From the NCBI GenBank assembly GCA_048772705.1, contig JBLWGC010000208.1, positions 256,269 to 320,268 on the forward strand: 64,000 nt of DNA, in the 5' to 3' direction. Positions 46,423-58,615 of the stretch are shown piece after piece. The notes below the pieces were generated by a model. The model made no database searches. It worked only from the letters and a program-made list of their open reading frames with translations, and was not told the DNA's origin. Position 1 is the stretch's first letter. Each line of letters starts with the position of its first letter. This stretch comes from Leidyana gryllorum EB-2025a. Lineage: Eukaryota; Protista; Apicomplexa. Made by a program: the position numbers and the translations under genes.

Positions 46423-48327
46423 TCACATTCCTTCCCGTCTTCTGGGAGCGCAACGGATGACGTTATCTACGCGAATGATCTAAAAATGGGAGGGGGGTGT
46501 CTGATTCTGCAGCCGAATCCAAATAACAATATTACCTGTTCTGCAGCTTCAGCAGCCGCGACAAGTTGTGAGAGCTTGGCTTTGTAACTTTCGAAAACAC
46601 CCAATTCCTTCATGTTTCCGACCTCCCCAGCATTCATATCTGAAAGAGGACCGACCAATGGAGCATCGTGCAGCAGCCCATACTTACCGACACCCATCTG
46701 CTTGGAACCGCTGGCATGGAGTGCGCGGAGCTTAGCCACAATCTCAGCAGAGTCGAACCCGCCATTATCGAGCAGCACTGTCGGGATTTGGAGGAGAGCC
46801 TCACCGAAAGCTTCGATGGCCAAAGACTTCTTGCCTTCGACTGTGCGTGCGAGACGCACCACCGCGTCGGCCATGGCCATCTCGGCTGCTCCACCGCCGA
46901 ACACGATGAGAGGCTCCTGACAGGTCTGAGACAGAATGGCCAAAGCGTCGTGGAGAGATCTCTCGGCCTCATCCAAGACGTGTTCGGAGGCACCGCGCAG
47001 GACGATAGTGCACGCCTCAGATCTGGCGCATCCCGTGAAACGGATGGCTTTATCCTCTCCAATCAGAATCTCTTCAATCTTGTCACAGTGGCCGAGCTTA
47101 GTCTCGTCGGGGTGGTCAAAAGTAGACACAATCTCTCCACCCAAAGCGGCAGCCAGCCGCTCCATACCGTCAAAGTCGGAGTGCTCGATGGCCATGACAC
47201 CTGATGAGACGACACAAAGAGTTGGCATAGAAAGCGGCGGCCACGACTCACCTGCATCTTTGAACAGCTGATCGGGATAGTTATAGATCAGTTGACGGTT
47301 GATAAAGACATTGCATTTATGAGCCAAGATTTTCTCAACTTTGGCCTTCATCTTATCCCTCTCAGCCTGCTCGATGGAAGCGACAGTGTCAAAGTCCTCA
47401 GCCGCGACCTTAGCGCCGAAAATCTGGAGTGATGCAGAGAAATAGAGGGTCTGATGGACAAAGCGGACACCTCACCTTGATTTTGTCAGAGTCCATAGGG
47501 GTGTTAGCGATCATAATGTTGCAGTCGGTGAGGACCTTAGGTTGGCCAACACCAATGCGCTTCTCGAGGATGAAACCCTCTTCCAAAGCTGACTCTCGGA
47601 GGGAACCGCCCTTCTTTTTGATGATTTGGATCAGATCCAAGTTGTTCTTGTATTTGAGACGAAGAATCGCGTTGACGGCTAAATCAGCAAAATGCTCCTT
47701 CTCGTGGTGAAGCAGTTTACTCGAGAGTGTAGTCATCGCAATCTTCTTCAAGTTGGCCTTGAAAGCCTCCTCGTCACCCTCGTGATCAAACGCAATGTCA
47801 TTGAGACGATCCCGGGCAACTTTTGCGGCCATTCGATATCCCTCGATGATGGCCTGCGGGTGAATGCGACGGTCCACCAGCTTCTCAGCTTGACGCAACA
47901 TCTCGGCAGCCAGTACCACAACTCCAGTGGTGCCGTCACCACACTGAGCATCCTGACGCTTCGAGACATCTGATACACAAACAGCCGTTTTCCCAAACAC
48001 ACTCTGCCTCTCGCAAGACTCTTACCTACGAGGATCTTGGCAGCAGGATTGTCGAGCCAAATGCTGTTGAGGATAGTGGCTCCGTCGTTGGTTACATTGG
48101 TCTTGCGTAAATGGGCGCCCTCGCCTCCCATGGGCTGCAAGATCTTGTCCATTCCTTTCGGACCGAGTGTGCTTTTCATGAGGTCGCCAACACCAATGGC
48201 TCCAATGAAGCATTGCATCCGCGCATTCTCTCCGCGGTCTTCATGACCTCCTTGCTGGAGAATTTGGGGAACGACCTGTCAGTTTACAATGTCAACACAT
48301 CACTTTCCTTTCCACACTTACATTCAT
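46423..48327 (-). CDS. CCT2: T-complex protein 1 subunit beta (CCT2), multi-exon
   Basis: [81 protein letters not shown]. Confidence 0.96.
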
Positions 48328-48493
48328 AGCTGCAAAAGACCCGCAAAATTTCCCACCCCATTTTCGATTCCTAAACCATTCATTCACTCACTCAATCATC
48401 CAACAACTGACCAAATTATCTCTACGTTTCAAGTTTATACGGGAAGTTCAGCGTCAACAACGGCTAACTGTGTAATGTTTAACAACATTTAAA

Positions 48494-49616
48494 TCACAAA
48501 TATGTGATGCAGCCTGCAATCCACTCAGAGAACTCCCGCTCGTTGATGCCCGCTTTACTGCAAACCCACACACAAATCAAACCAAACCCACTCTATCAAA
48601 ACGCACCTGTGGGTATCCAGGCAATTATAGATGAGTGCCAAGTCGGCGCAAGTGAACTCGCATCGACCGCCCGAAAAGTCCGCGCATAGCCGGTTAAACT
48701 CCTCTGCAAAGGGGAGAGACGTCAGTCACAGCACACGCACACACGAATTGAGGGAACTCACCAGGCTTCATTCCATGGGGGGGATCCAAGACAGCGTATT
48801 TGGCAAACAACTCCGGTGCGTTCCCTTTGTACTGCACCCGCATTTGCTTCCGCGCACGCTCCAATTTGAGCGACTTTTGTACCCCCTGATAGCGAACACC
48901 ATAGATTGTCACCCTGAAATCGTCCATCGGCCAACTTACGATTGCAAACCCCACCACTGCCACCGTAATCACGAACATTGAACAGATGAGCGATACCAAA
49001 GTCCAGAATCCCGACGCGCGAGAACCTTGAGTAGGCCACAAAGATCCAGCGATCATCGTACCTGACCGGACCTCTATCGACCCCCCAAGATTTGCGATAC
49101 ACGCACCCAGAAAGAACAGCCACAAGGATTTCCCAGTCAGTCTTGTGATGAAAAGAAAGTGAATTCGGATCATACGTCTATACCGCGCAGCCCATACAGG
49201 CGCCCCCGGCACATCCAACACCATCACGATGCAGCCAAAGATCCTGCAAAGCATCAAATACAAAGACCTCCACTTTAAGCTTACAGCAAGAACACCCCCA
49301 ACAAAAGCCCAGCAAAGCTCAACCTCAGTATGCTCGCGAAGATGGAGGCAAAGGCAGATAGTATCGTTACCCATCCAGCCATGAAGAATAACGTTGTATG
49401 TCTGCAATTTAAGCGACCAAGACTCCTCTCAATCCTCTCGCCTGCAGCCTCCATACGATCTGCTACGTGGGCACCCGAGGTTGGAGGTGCCGTAAAACGC
49501 CCTTGGATTAGCAGCTGCTGCTGCTGTTCCACCGCAGCACCTGCCACCCAGACGCATACAACACAAATACACTTCGAGATTCAATTACCTTCCCCTTCAT
49601 CGTAGTGGGGCATCAT
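48494..49616 (-). CDS. COPI-associated/TVP15-type membrane protein with C-terminal EF-hand-like region, multi-exon
   Basis: IFGCIVMVLD...FLFITRLTGKSLWLFFLG TM pattern; spliced C-terminus LIYNCLDTHSKAGINEREFSEWI. Confidence 0.7.
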
Positions 49617-49716
49617 TGAGCTAGCTAGAGATGATGACGGCGAAAAATATATATTCCAAGTCGCTACTGCACCACGCGATACTTCGTCACCAACCCTCTC
49701 AAACCCCTTTTTTTTC

Positions 49717-50329
49717 TTATGCCGTCTTCGTAGGACTAATTGGCGTGGTCGCCGCCCGTCCTTTCATCTCCTTCGGCGATAACTCAGTACTATAACTCGC
49801 CGCCTCCGCTGGCACAGCTGCTGTATGGGCAGTCTGCAGCCGGAACCGATTGATCACGCTCTCTTCCAATTCTGCAGTCAACCCAGCTGCATCCAAGATA
49901 GAATCAGCTGATACTATCAATGTGCTCTTGCTCACCAAACTCGTCGTTCGGGACGTCGTCGTCACTTATCAGCTCCGGAACAAAACGTTGCGGCCGTGCA
50001 ACACGCTTCGTCCGGCCATCACACGTGACCCGACGACGACGATGACGATTCGAATGAGCTCTCAAGTTGCCCCACAGCCGGTCCTCCTCACCACCTGGGC
50101 CCCCCACAGACTTCCGGAGCGAAGTTGAACAGGCGCGACGACGACTCCCTGCAAATGCTTCTTCAAACTCCTCCTCCGGACGTGGTTCGGGCTGATCCGT
50201 TCGACAACTCTCGAGCGTATTCTGCGATGACAGGGAAACCGGGTGCTCGTTCTTGCTGTTGTTCGGCAGAGGCGGTAGATTGAATGAGTGCTTCCGCATC
50301 ACCGAGGACCTGCATAAGCAATCCATCAT
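49717..50329 (-). CDS. Hypothetical low-complexity protein, 2 exons
   Basis: ORF from ATG 50329 joined in frame to the 49717 ORF by a GTGAG...TGCAG intron (~49888-49935); start uncertain. Confidence 0.4.
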
Positions 50330-50538
50330 GACGGCGACGTGCGGACAAGATCGGTTGTGTACAAGCTGTGAGGGTAAAACTGTTGCTACCGTTGTCGTCT
50401 TCTCGCAACAACGACAACGATGAGGGACGACGCCCCATTCTTATCGATCGATTCAAAATGCCAACCGAGCCTTCTTGCCCAACATCCTCGCAATGTCTGT
50501 GTAGGGAGGGACAACCCTGGCTGCCAGCGTGTTGTGGC

Positions 50539-52895
50539 TTACCGGTCGGTAGCTGCTGCCTCGCTGCCTTGATCCATCCGGATATGTTCCACTGTACTGC
50601 TCGCGGGACTGCCCAAATGATGCATACGGCGAGCTGCAACACTGCCGTCAGTACTCGGGTCGTGATATCCTGGCCTCAGACAATTAGGGAGGAAAGGCGG
50701 TAACTCAAATCCATCCAATTTCATATTAACAAAATGAACCGCCAATGCGTATTCGTACAAATCCAGGAAACCGTCCTTTGACACATCCGCCAAATTCCAT
50801 ATTCTAACAAGAGAAGGCCTATGATCCGATCCCATGGTGCTGCACTCACCTATGAAGGACTGATGTTGGTAATTTACACTTCTCCAGAAACGGCTTAGCT
50901 TGGCTACCACTAACAAGATTGGTGCTTGGGTCAGGACCCATGGCTTCAAATTCCGCTTTGTGTATCATTGGGTTGGGAGGCGTCATTAAGTACTTCTTGA
51001 ACGCCCATGGTGGAAGGTCCAGTTGCTGGAGCTCCTTCTCCAAAATCTCCACTGCGTCTTTGGGAATAGATCGGCCAGCTGTATCTATCTCGGTAAAGAA
51101 TGGCGAACGAGCCAGCCCAGTCAAATGGGGTGGTGGTCGAGAAGCGGAAAATCCCTGAGCCTGAATCAAGAAGGAACAGGTCAACAGTTAGCGTATAGCG
51201 CAAAGAGGACGTGAAAACAGCCTTATCGGTAGCATCTCGCCGTCGGGCAGATCAGTGCTGCCGCTTGACACAGGCGCTTCGAAAAACTTGTGTCTGATGG
51301 GTCTGTGGCACACCCCTTAGATGTGCGAGGAAGTGGTAGTGTCAGCGCTTCGGCGACGGTGGTGCCACAGAGACGGTGTGAGGGGAGCGTTCGTGTCGGG
51401 GATCTTGCCTAATAGTTCAGGTATGCGGCAACTGACCTCTTCTTTGGGGATCATACGAGTGAGGGCTGCGATTTTGGTCTGAAGCATTTGGTCTAGCTGA
51501 CGGATCCGTCTGAGCTCTAGTTTAGGGAATTTGTGGAAATCTCCGATTTTGGACAGGGCTTCGCGGACCTCCGCCTCAGGAGGGAAATCTGATATTGGGA
51601 GCTGATGCTGTTTGGCTAAGGTCTGATATATTTCAGTGAGATTGTTGAGAAGCTGATTCTGCTTCGATTGGCGCCCTATAATCGGCATTTGCTTCCGCAA
51701 ATGGTCCATCAGGAGGCAATGGACGCGGCAAAGTCGTACGCGCTTCAAGAAGTCATCAATCTTCCGAGCGGCAGATCTCGCTGGGAGAGCAAAGATCATT
51801 TTGAAAAGATCATCAGACTGCAGAACCGGAGAAAACAATACTTGGCTGGACAATTCGGTGTGATAGTCTCACCTCCGCCTCGAACAGTTTGCGTGAGTCT
51901 TCATTCTGTAGTGGTTGATCCCAAAATGATCCAATGTGGATTTTGGGTACTTCTGGTGCTGGCATTACTTTGCCCAAACTCCACATCAAGGCTCCGTATA
52001 CACGCATAAGCTGTTGTGCCGACACGCTATCTGCTTTGTTGAGCAGTATGCAGACTTTGGAGTCATTGCCTCTGAAGAAAAAATCACCCCAAGCCGTCAT
52101 GGTCTCACTCACTTTAGCGCCTGGATACAGCGACGGAACTCGTCACTGATATCAAGTTTGTGCGCGTCGAAGAACAACAACACCAAGTCAACGCGCTCGG
52201 CAAACCATTTGATGACACCCTCGAAGTCGTATCCTCTTTCCCATTGCTTGTTTCCAGCAAGCACACCAGGCGTGTCGATCAGCGTAACCCCTTCGAGATG
52301 TATGCGTTCAGCTGAGCACACGGTTGGAGCTTCCTACCTTTGAACACCGAGGAGTGAACATGGACTACCTCGAACCTCGACAGGAAACCTGGACCGAAGT
52401 TCTCTAACTGGGACCATGGCAGGCTTCGATCTACCACAGCCGCATGGCCGGGTAGCACCTGCGCCGGCACGCAACTAGGCGTGTGCGTCTCGCAGTCGCC
52501 GTTGATTCCATCGCCAGCGGTACCAGTGGCTGTTTTATTGGTGTGGCAGACAGCCACAAATTTGTCAGTGGTAGGTTCAGGTCCGATGCGTAGGCCAGGA
52601 TAGTCCTTTTCCAACAGGTGGCGCACAAATGTTGTCTACCAGAAGCTATGCTATCGTTTTGCAGTGGGCTCACCTTGCCGGTGGAATATTGACCTAGCAA
52701 CAGAACCATAGGCGTGGCCTTGAAGTCGCCATCAGTCATGACAGGCGAATAGAACTGCGCGTAGCGGAAGTCACGTTCCAAGGGTAGTAAATGCATTTTG
52801 TACATCTCCGCCAGCCCGGCTGTGATCGAGCTGAAGGATTCGACTGGCGGAGCATTGCTAGCGCCCTTGGCTACGGCCTTTTTCCAGATTGACAT
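50539..52895 (-). CDS. EHD1: EH-domain-containing dynamin-like ATPase (EHD/RME-1 family), multi-exon
   Basis: [56 protein letters not shown]; C-terminal EH domain [21 protein letters not shown]. Confidence 0.93.
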
Positions 52896-52973
52896 TGGTC
52901 GCGTCGGTGTGCGCACCGTGTTTGGTGGACGCTTTTCACTGCCGGCGGGTAGGGTAGTGCCAAAATTGTGAGA

Positions 52974-55188
52974 ATGATGGACGAGGTCCAACGTGCGTCC
53001 ATTGTGGAGCAGGAGGGCAACAAAGCGCAATGGTGGTTAGCCAACATTGCTCGCTCCGTAGAGGAGGCGCTCCCAGTGTCGGAACAAACGCGTGAGAAGA
53101 TCCGTGAGCGGCAAACGGTTCTACGGGTTCTGAGTAATTGCGTTGTTCTGCTACTCGTTATTTGGGGTCTCGTTGGCCTCTTCTTCCTTCTGCGCCTCGC
53201 TGGTCGAGCGGCCGGAGTGGATGAAGAAGCTGGGGTGGGCGGGATAACGTTGCGCAGAGCCAATAGTCTGAGCCTGCGAGCTATGCAAGGTTGGAAGCCC
53301 ACGAATACATCAGCGGAGTTCCTGCACGGGCCGCTTGGACGAAGTCTCGACGGCCGCCCACACGAGTTCGAGTCTCGACTACGTTTCCCTCTGGATAGAG
53401 AGGTCCTGGACCATAGGGATCAAGAATGCCGGAACAAGGACTTCGGAAAGAAGTTTCCTTCCACGTCTGTGGTCATCATCTTCTGCAATGAGCCATTCGA
53501 GACTTTGATGCGATCTGTCCACTCTGTATTCAACCGTTCACCGCCCAAGATCCTCAAGGAGATCATTTTGGTAGACGACGGAAGCGATGCTGATCATATA
53601 AAACCACGGGAAGAGGGAGGCTCTGGTCTGCTGGAAGACTACCTCAAGATTTTGCCACCCAAGATCAAACTCCTGCGTACCGGGCGCAGGTCAGGTATTG
53701 TGTCGGCTCGTCTGGTTGGTATTCGCGCTGCGGAAGGCGAGGCATTTGTAATGCTGGATAGTCACATCGAGACTCAGCCTGGATGGCTCGAAGCCCTGGT
53801 CGCTCCCATAGCTGAAGATTCTAAGACTGTGGTCATGCCCCATATTGACGGCATCGACAAGCATACATTCGAGCCACGCAAAGGTGGTGTTGGCTGTACT
53901 TTGGGTATGATCTGGAAGGTCATGGAGCACGCCTTCCAGCCAGATCAGTACTCCCCCTCGGAACGAAGGAACGCTCGTCCAAGCGACTACGTCACCAGCC
54001 CTACCATGGCAGGAGGCCTTTTTGCTGCTCATCGAGACTTCTTCCTCTCGATAGGCGGATATGACGAGGCAATGACAGGGTGGGGAGCCGAGAACGTTGA
54101 ATTCAGCTTCAGGTGGGTTAGGTGCCAATGTTTATTGCGTTCGACTCTATGCGATTTCTGTGTGTGTGTGGCCAATCTGATTATGGATCTTTCTTAACTC
54201 GTGTTGTTGGCGCAGGTTATGGCAGTGTGGCGGCCGGCTGCTTTGTACGGCCTGTTCCCGCGTGTTCCACATGTTCGGAGGCGGCAAGCATTATACCACA
54301 AAGGGTCACTCGACCACAGCGAATCGAATGCGGACAGTGGCTGCGTGGGCGGACGAATACGCCGACTTGGCTTGGCATGTCTTGGGAACTCCTCCATTGA
54401 GCGAAATCGGAGATATAAGTGAAATGTTGAAGCTACGGCGGCAGAAGAAATGCAAGGATTTCAATTGGTTCCTCAAGAACGTATGGCCGGAAAGCGAAGT
54501 CCAGAACATTCCTGAGGACGTTCCGTTCATGGGTGAGTGCACAGATTCACATAGATCAGTCGTCAAAATCAACATTGATTGTCACAGGTATTATAAAGAG
54601 TGCCGCTGGTAATCTTTGCTTCCCACGGGTGGCCAGAGGCGAGCGGCGTCTCACTCTCACCGATTGTAGCAGCCACCCAGGCAAATTCATTTACTGGCGG
54701 TGAGTGACAAGTTTTGGTTACCGATTTATTGACTGACTGTTTATCTTGTTGTTGCGCAGACGAGAAGGTCGGATTACACCCGAATCGAATGACGAAACGT
54801 GTTTACTAACCACAAACAAATGGGATTGGTGTTATTATGACGACATGCGGAGATGGCAACTCGAGGATGTTACAGGTGAGTGAAATCAAATTGCCCCCAT
54901 TTTCATTCCTCATATCCTCCCACCCCGACAGCGGACAAGAAGCAACTCTTGATTTCTCAAATGGTGGAAATTGGAGACATGGATCTGTGGGCTGGCCAGG
55001 GCGATGTTAAAGTTGTGCGAATTCGTGATGACAAGACTGAACACTGTGTCACTGCTGCCCCAGGAGGAAATGACGACAGCCACATTGTTGACTTGGCTCC
55101 TTGTGAAGATGAAGAGGACTTGAGCCAGCTTTGGCTATGGAGCAAGTACAAGATCAATCCAGTGTGGAAGTCCCTCCACGACAATTAA
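52974..55188 (+). CDS. GALNT: Polypeptide N-acetylgalactosaminyltransferase (GT27) with ricin-type lectin domain, multi-exon
   Basis: Type II TM anchor; STSVVIIFCNE, EIILVDDGS, LDSHIE (DxH), SPTMAGGLFA, WGAENVEFSFR, CKDFNWFLKNVWPE. Confidence 0.93.
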
Positions 55189-55238
55189 AAGCACAAGTTT
55201 ATTCTGTAGTCCCCCCATATGCACGCTCCATCTCGGAT

Positions 55239-56236
55239 TCAAAAGCACCTGCATAGGCCACACCTATCATATTGCATCGTCGAAAGGAAGCTTCGGCAGC
55301 ACTCCGCGCTGCCTGCTCCAGCCCTGCCAGAATCTGAGATAGACAAGAGTGCAGTCAATAGCCATATTTCCTCGGTCAGGTGCTCGCCTACCCTCCAGAT
55401 GGCTTGAACCACCTCCTCCGCGCTACTGCAGCTCATGTGAATCGGCAAGATCAATATCGATAGATCAAACCCAGGTATCGGCTGCTTGCGGAAGAGGGTC
55501 GCAGCCAGCCAGTCACGCACAGCGACACGCGGTGGCTCCGTGGCCAGAGCATCGGACCACGCTGTAATGAACTCTACGTCACCTGGAAGCCCACTGGCTC
55601 CAGCCAAGTGGCCAGATATTTCACCAGCTGCCCCAGGTGCCAACGGACGCAGTGTAAATGTACGCGAGACGTGACTATGAAGAACCTTCAAAAGGGCTGC
55701 CAACGCAGACCGCAATGCTATGTGGGACGCCGTCAGTCGAAAGCTGATCTGAGAAACCCAATGAAGGAGTGCGGGCAGGAGGACGTGTGTGCTCGTGTGC
55801 TCACCCGCAATGAGTTACAGGTCCGCTCTACCAATATGTCCTCGGGAGCGACCTCTCCGGTATCGAGCTCTTCGCGATCACTGGGGAGTCGTATAGATTG
55901 AAATTCAGGTTTATCAGACACAATATTGGCATCAGCCTCGCTGCTGACATCGCCAGGCCCGGCTTCGACCAACGGCAAATGTAGAGGATCAACGTCTGGT
56001 TCTATATGTAAGAGCAGAGCCGGCAAACTGGTGAATAATTCAACCAGAGCTGACTTGTTCTTGAGCAGCTTGAAGTTCTCAAGCTTTGCTTCGTCTACCT
56101 TTTCGCGCCACACGCCCTCGGGGAGGCCCCGCACCATGCGGAACAGACAGTCTTGCAGAGGAGATGCCTTGACCCCATTGAGGGATGGGTGCGAGAGCTT
56201 GAAGGCTGTTGAGGATCCCAACAAGTCCGGCTTCAT
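55239..56236 (-). CDS. Divergent ARPC4 (Arp2/3 p20 subunit)-like ORF, possibly fused to the upstream C9orf78-like gene
   Basis: SDKPEF, DILVERTCNSLR|ISF (intron 55749-55804) and FRKQPIPGFDLSILI resemble ARPC4 HNKPEV, VLIEGSINSVRVS and LRRKPVEGYDISFLI in the same order. Confidence 0.55.
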
Positions 56237-56839
56237 TATCGCTTTTTTCGCTTGTCTAACCTGATGAACCAGCCGGAAGGTCTACTACAACAGCACAGAC
56301 AGAAAGAGACTCACTCTTCAATGGGGACCTCTGCCATTCCAGACGACCAGGTCGGGTTCTTAGCTGCAAGATCGGCAAGATTTTCGGCCGACCGTAAATC
56401 ATCTGGCACTTGATAGAAAGCTTGAACACGTTTCTCATGTTTCTCTAAGGCTTCTCGTCTGACCCTCTCTTCCTCCGTGATCTCTTCTTGGGCGGGGAGG
56501 CCCAGTTTTGCCGCAATCCATTCATTGCTGCGAGTGTGTGTGTGTATAAGTGGACTTATATACTTACAGATGTCGCTCTTTCCCATCGCCTCCGATGTCT
56601 CCCTGTCCTTCGAATGCTTTACTCAGCACAGGCTGCGATGACTCGTCTGTCCCCGAGGGGTTTCCAGAAGGTTCATCGGAACCGAAAGGTGTTCCTATGA
56701 CGCCCTTGACGGGAACGCGGAAAGCTTGGAGCTCCTGCAAGTCTTGGAGCTCTTTTCTACGCTTGGCATCTTGTATATCCTCCTCAACAATCTCTGGTTT
56801 AGGTTTGAGATGTTCGGGGCGGTGCCGCTTTTTGAACAT
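56236..56839 (-). CDS. C9orf78/TLS1 (HCA59)-like splicing-associated protein, multi-exon; 3' end ambiguous
   Basis: MFKKR start; ELQAFR...GV; KERHLNEWIAAKLG after intron 56528-56567; FYQVPDDLR...WSSGMAEVPI resembles LYELPENIR...LSGIPEVDL. Confidence 0.65.
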
Positions 56840-56847
56840 TTTTGGAC

Positions 56848-58393
56848 ATGGACGAGTTTGACTTGGAGAAGCAGAGGCTCTTTGAGCTCTTCAAGGCCAC
56901 TGAGCTGAGCTGTACGCTCAACGAGTTCAGGACTAAGCTCGAAAGACGTGCCCAGGATTTGGACATCTCACTGGCGGACTGTATCACCTCATCTTGTGAT
57001 GCCTATGGGACCAACCTGTTGCACGCTGCTGTCAGCAACAAGAACATTGCCATCATAGACTGGCTCATGGAGCACGCCGGTCAGCAGCTGGCGGTCCCCA
57101 ACAAGGCCGGCGAGACTGTTTTGCACGTTGCTGTGGGTACCGGAGACGTTTCGGTGGTCAAAACTGTGCTGAAGTGGCTGTCCCGTTATGATCCCAAGGC
57201 CTACAGCTTCCCCAATCTGAAAGGGGAGTCACCGCTGGCGATGGCTGTATGCGCCGGACTCGAGGACATTGTCCTCGCCATCACAAAGTGCTGCGACTAC
57301 TCGCCCCCCTCCGAGCTATTGGTGAGTCGACTATTTGACTCGCGCCGCGCGAGTTCTGACGCGTCTTTCTTCAGACCTCGGCCAAACCGACGACTGCGAC
57401 GGCTCTGCAGTGGGCTGTGCTTAGACAGAGTCCTCGGATGCTGGAGTCTCTCTGCTGCTGGATGGGTAGCCACGTAGCAGAGGAGAACGCTCGCACTGAT
57501 GGAGAGATCCCTCCTGCGAGTGTGCTGGCTGCTTCGCTGACAGAGAACAAGATGGCTCTCGAAATGGTCAGAGATCTGGTGGAAGTGGGTGGTGACAGTG
57601 TGCTGGAGGAGACGGACGGCGAGGGTCAGAGTGCACTGCACAATGCCGCCGAGAGCGGTAACGACGAGTTGGTAGCCTACATTTTGGCTCGTCCGATTGG
57701 CGCAGAGTTGGCCAAAAGACGGAATGTTGAGGGCAGGACTCCATATTTGATGTCAGGGAGTGAGAAAGTTGTGTCCCAGTTGATGGCAGTGACACCCGAG
57801 GAGTGTCGTCAACAGCCAGTGGCAACAGAGTCGCCTCCTTCAGCAAAAGTGGCCGATAAGGATAGTGGAGTTGTGACAGATGTGTCCGACACTATTTTTG
57901 GTATTAGCGAAATCAGCCGAGGCACAAAGGCAGAAGTGGACGAGTTGAAAGAGAAGGGGAATGCGAGTTTCCGATCGGCTCAGTATGCGGAGGCTTTGGA
58001 GCATTTCGGAAAGGCATTGGAGTTGTTGGGTTGGCGAAACGAGTACAGACGTGTCGAGGGCGGTAACAGCGACGTGAAAAGACGATTGGCGGTTCTCTTT
58101 TCGAATAGGAGCGCTTGCTTCATCAGTCAGAAGAGTTACGAGGAGGCGAGAAAAGAAGCCGAGCGAGCCGTGTTATGTGACGAGACATACGCTAAAGGAT
58201 GGTACCGACTGGGTGCGGCCCAACACGGTTTGGGGGATATCGAGGAAGCTCTCAACTCTGTGTGGCAGGCACGCCTGCGGGATCAGAACAATGAACAATT
58301 GCAGTAAGTGGATGGGCGGTGAGCGTTGGTTTCGATTTTGATCGCAGCAAAGTGTTTCTGAAATGGCTGGAAGAAGCGAGAAGCAGACAGTGA
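56848..58393 (+). CDS. Ankyrin-repeat + TPR protein, multi-exon
   Basis: GETVLHVAV, GESPLAMA and GQSALHNAAESGNDELV ankyrin motifs; LKEKGNASF...LFSNRSACF...YAKGWYRLG TPR motifs. Confidence 0.88.
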
Positions 58394-58615
58394 TCTTCGC
58401 TTAAAGGCGCAGTTGACCTTAGGTGATCAGGAGTGTTTGTGGATAACGGTCGCAAGCGCGAACTCACAGACATAACAAATTGACTGACCGACTGACTGAC
58501 TGAAAATGACTGCATATACACACACTTATGAACGTATATAAGCACGGCGACGCCTTGGCACATTGACTACTATTTGTCTAATTTTTCTCTCTCATCGCGG
58601 GGTGATCCGATCCCA

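Noticed and set aside
46612-47973. Long plus-strand ORFs opposite CCT2 (and similar ones opposite dcu, FtsH and DLST)
   Set aside because: Antisense shadow frames of conserved genes with no independent coding signal
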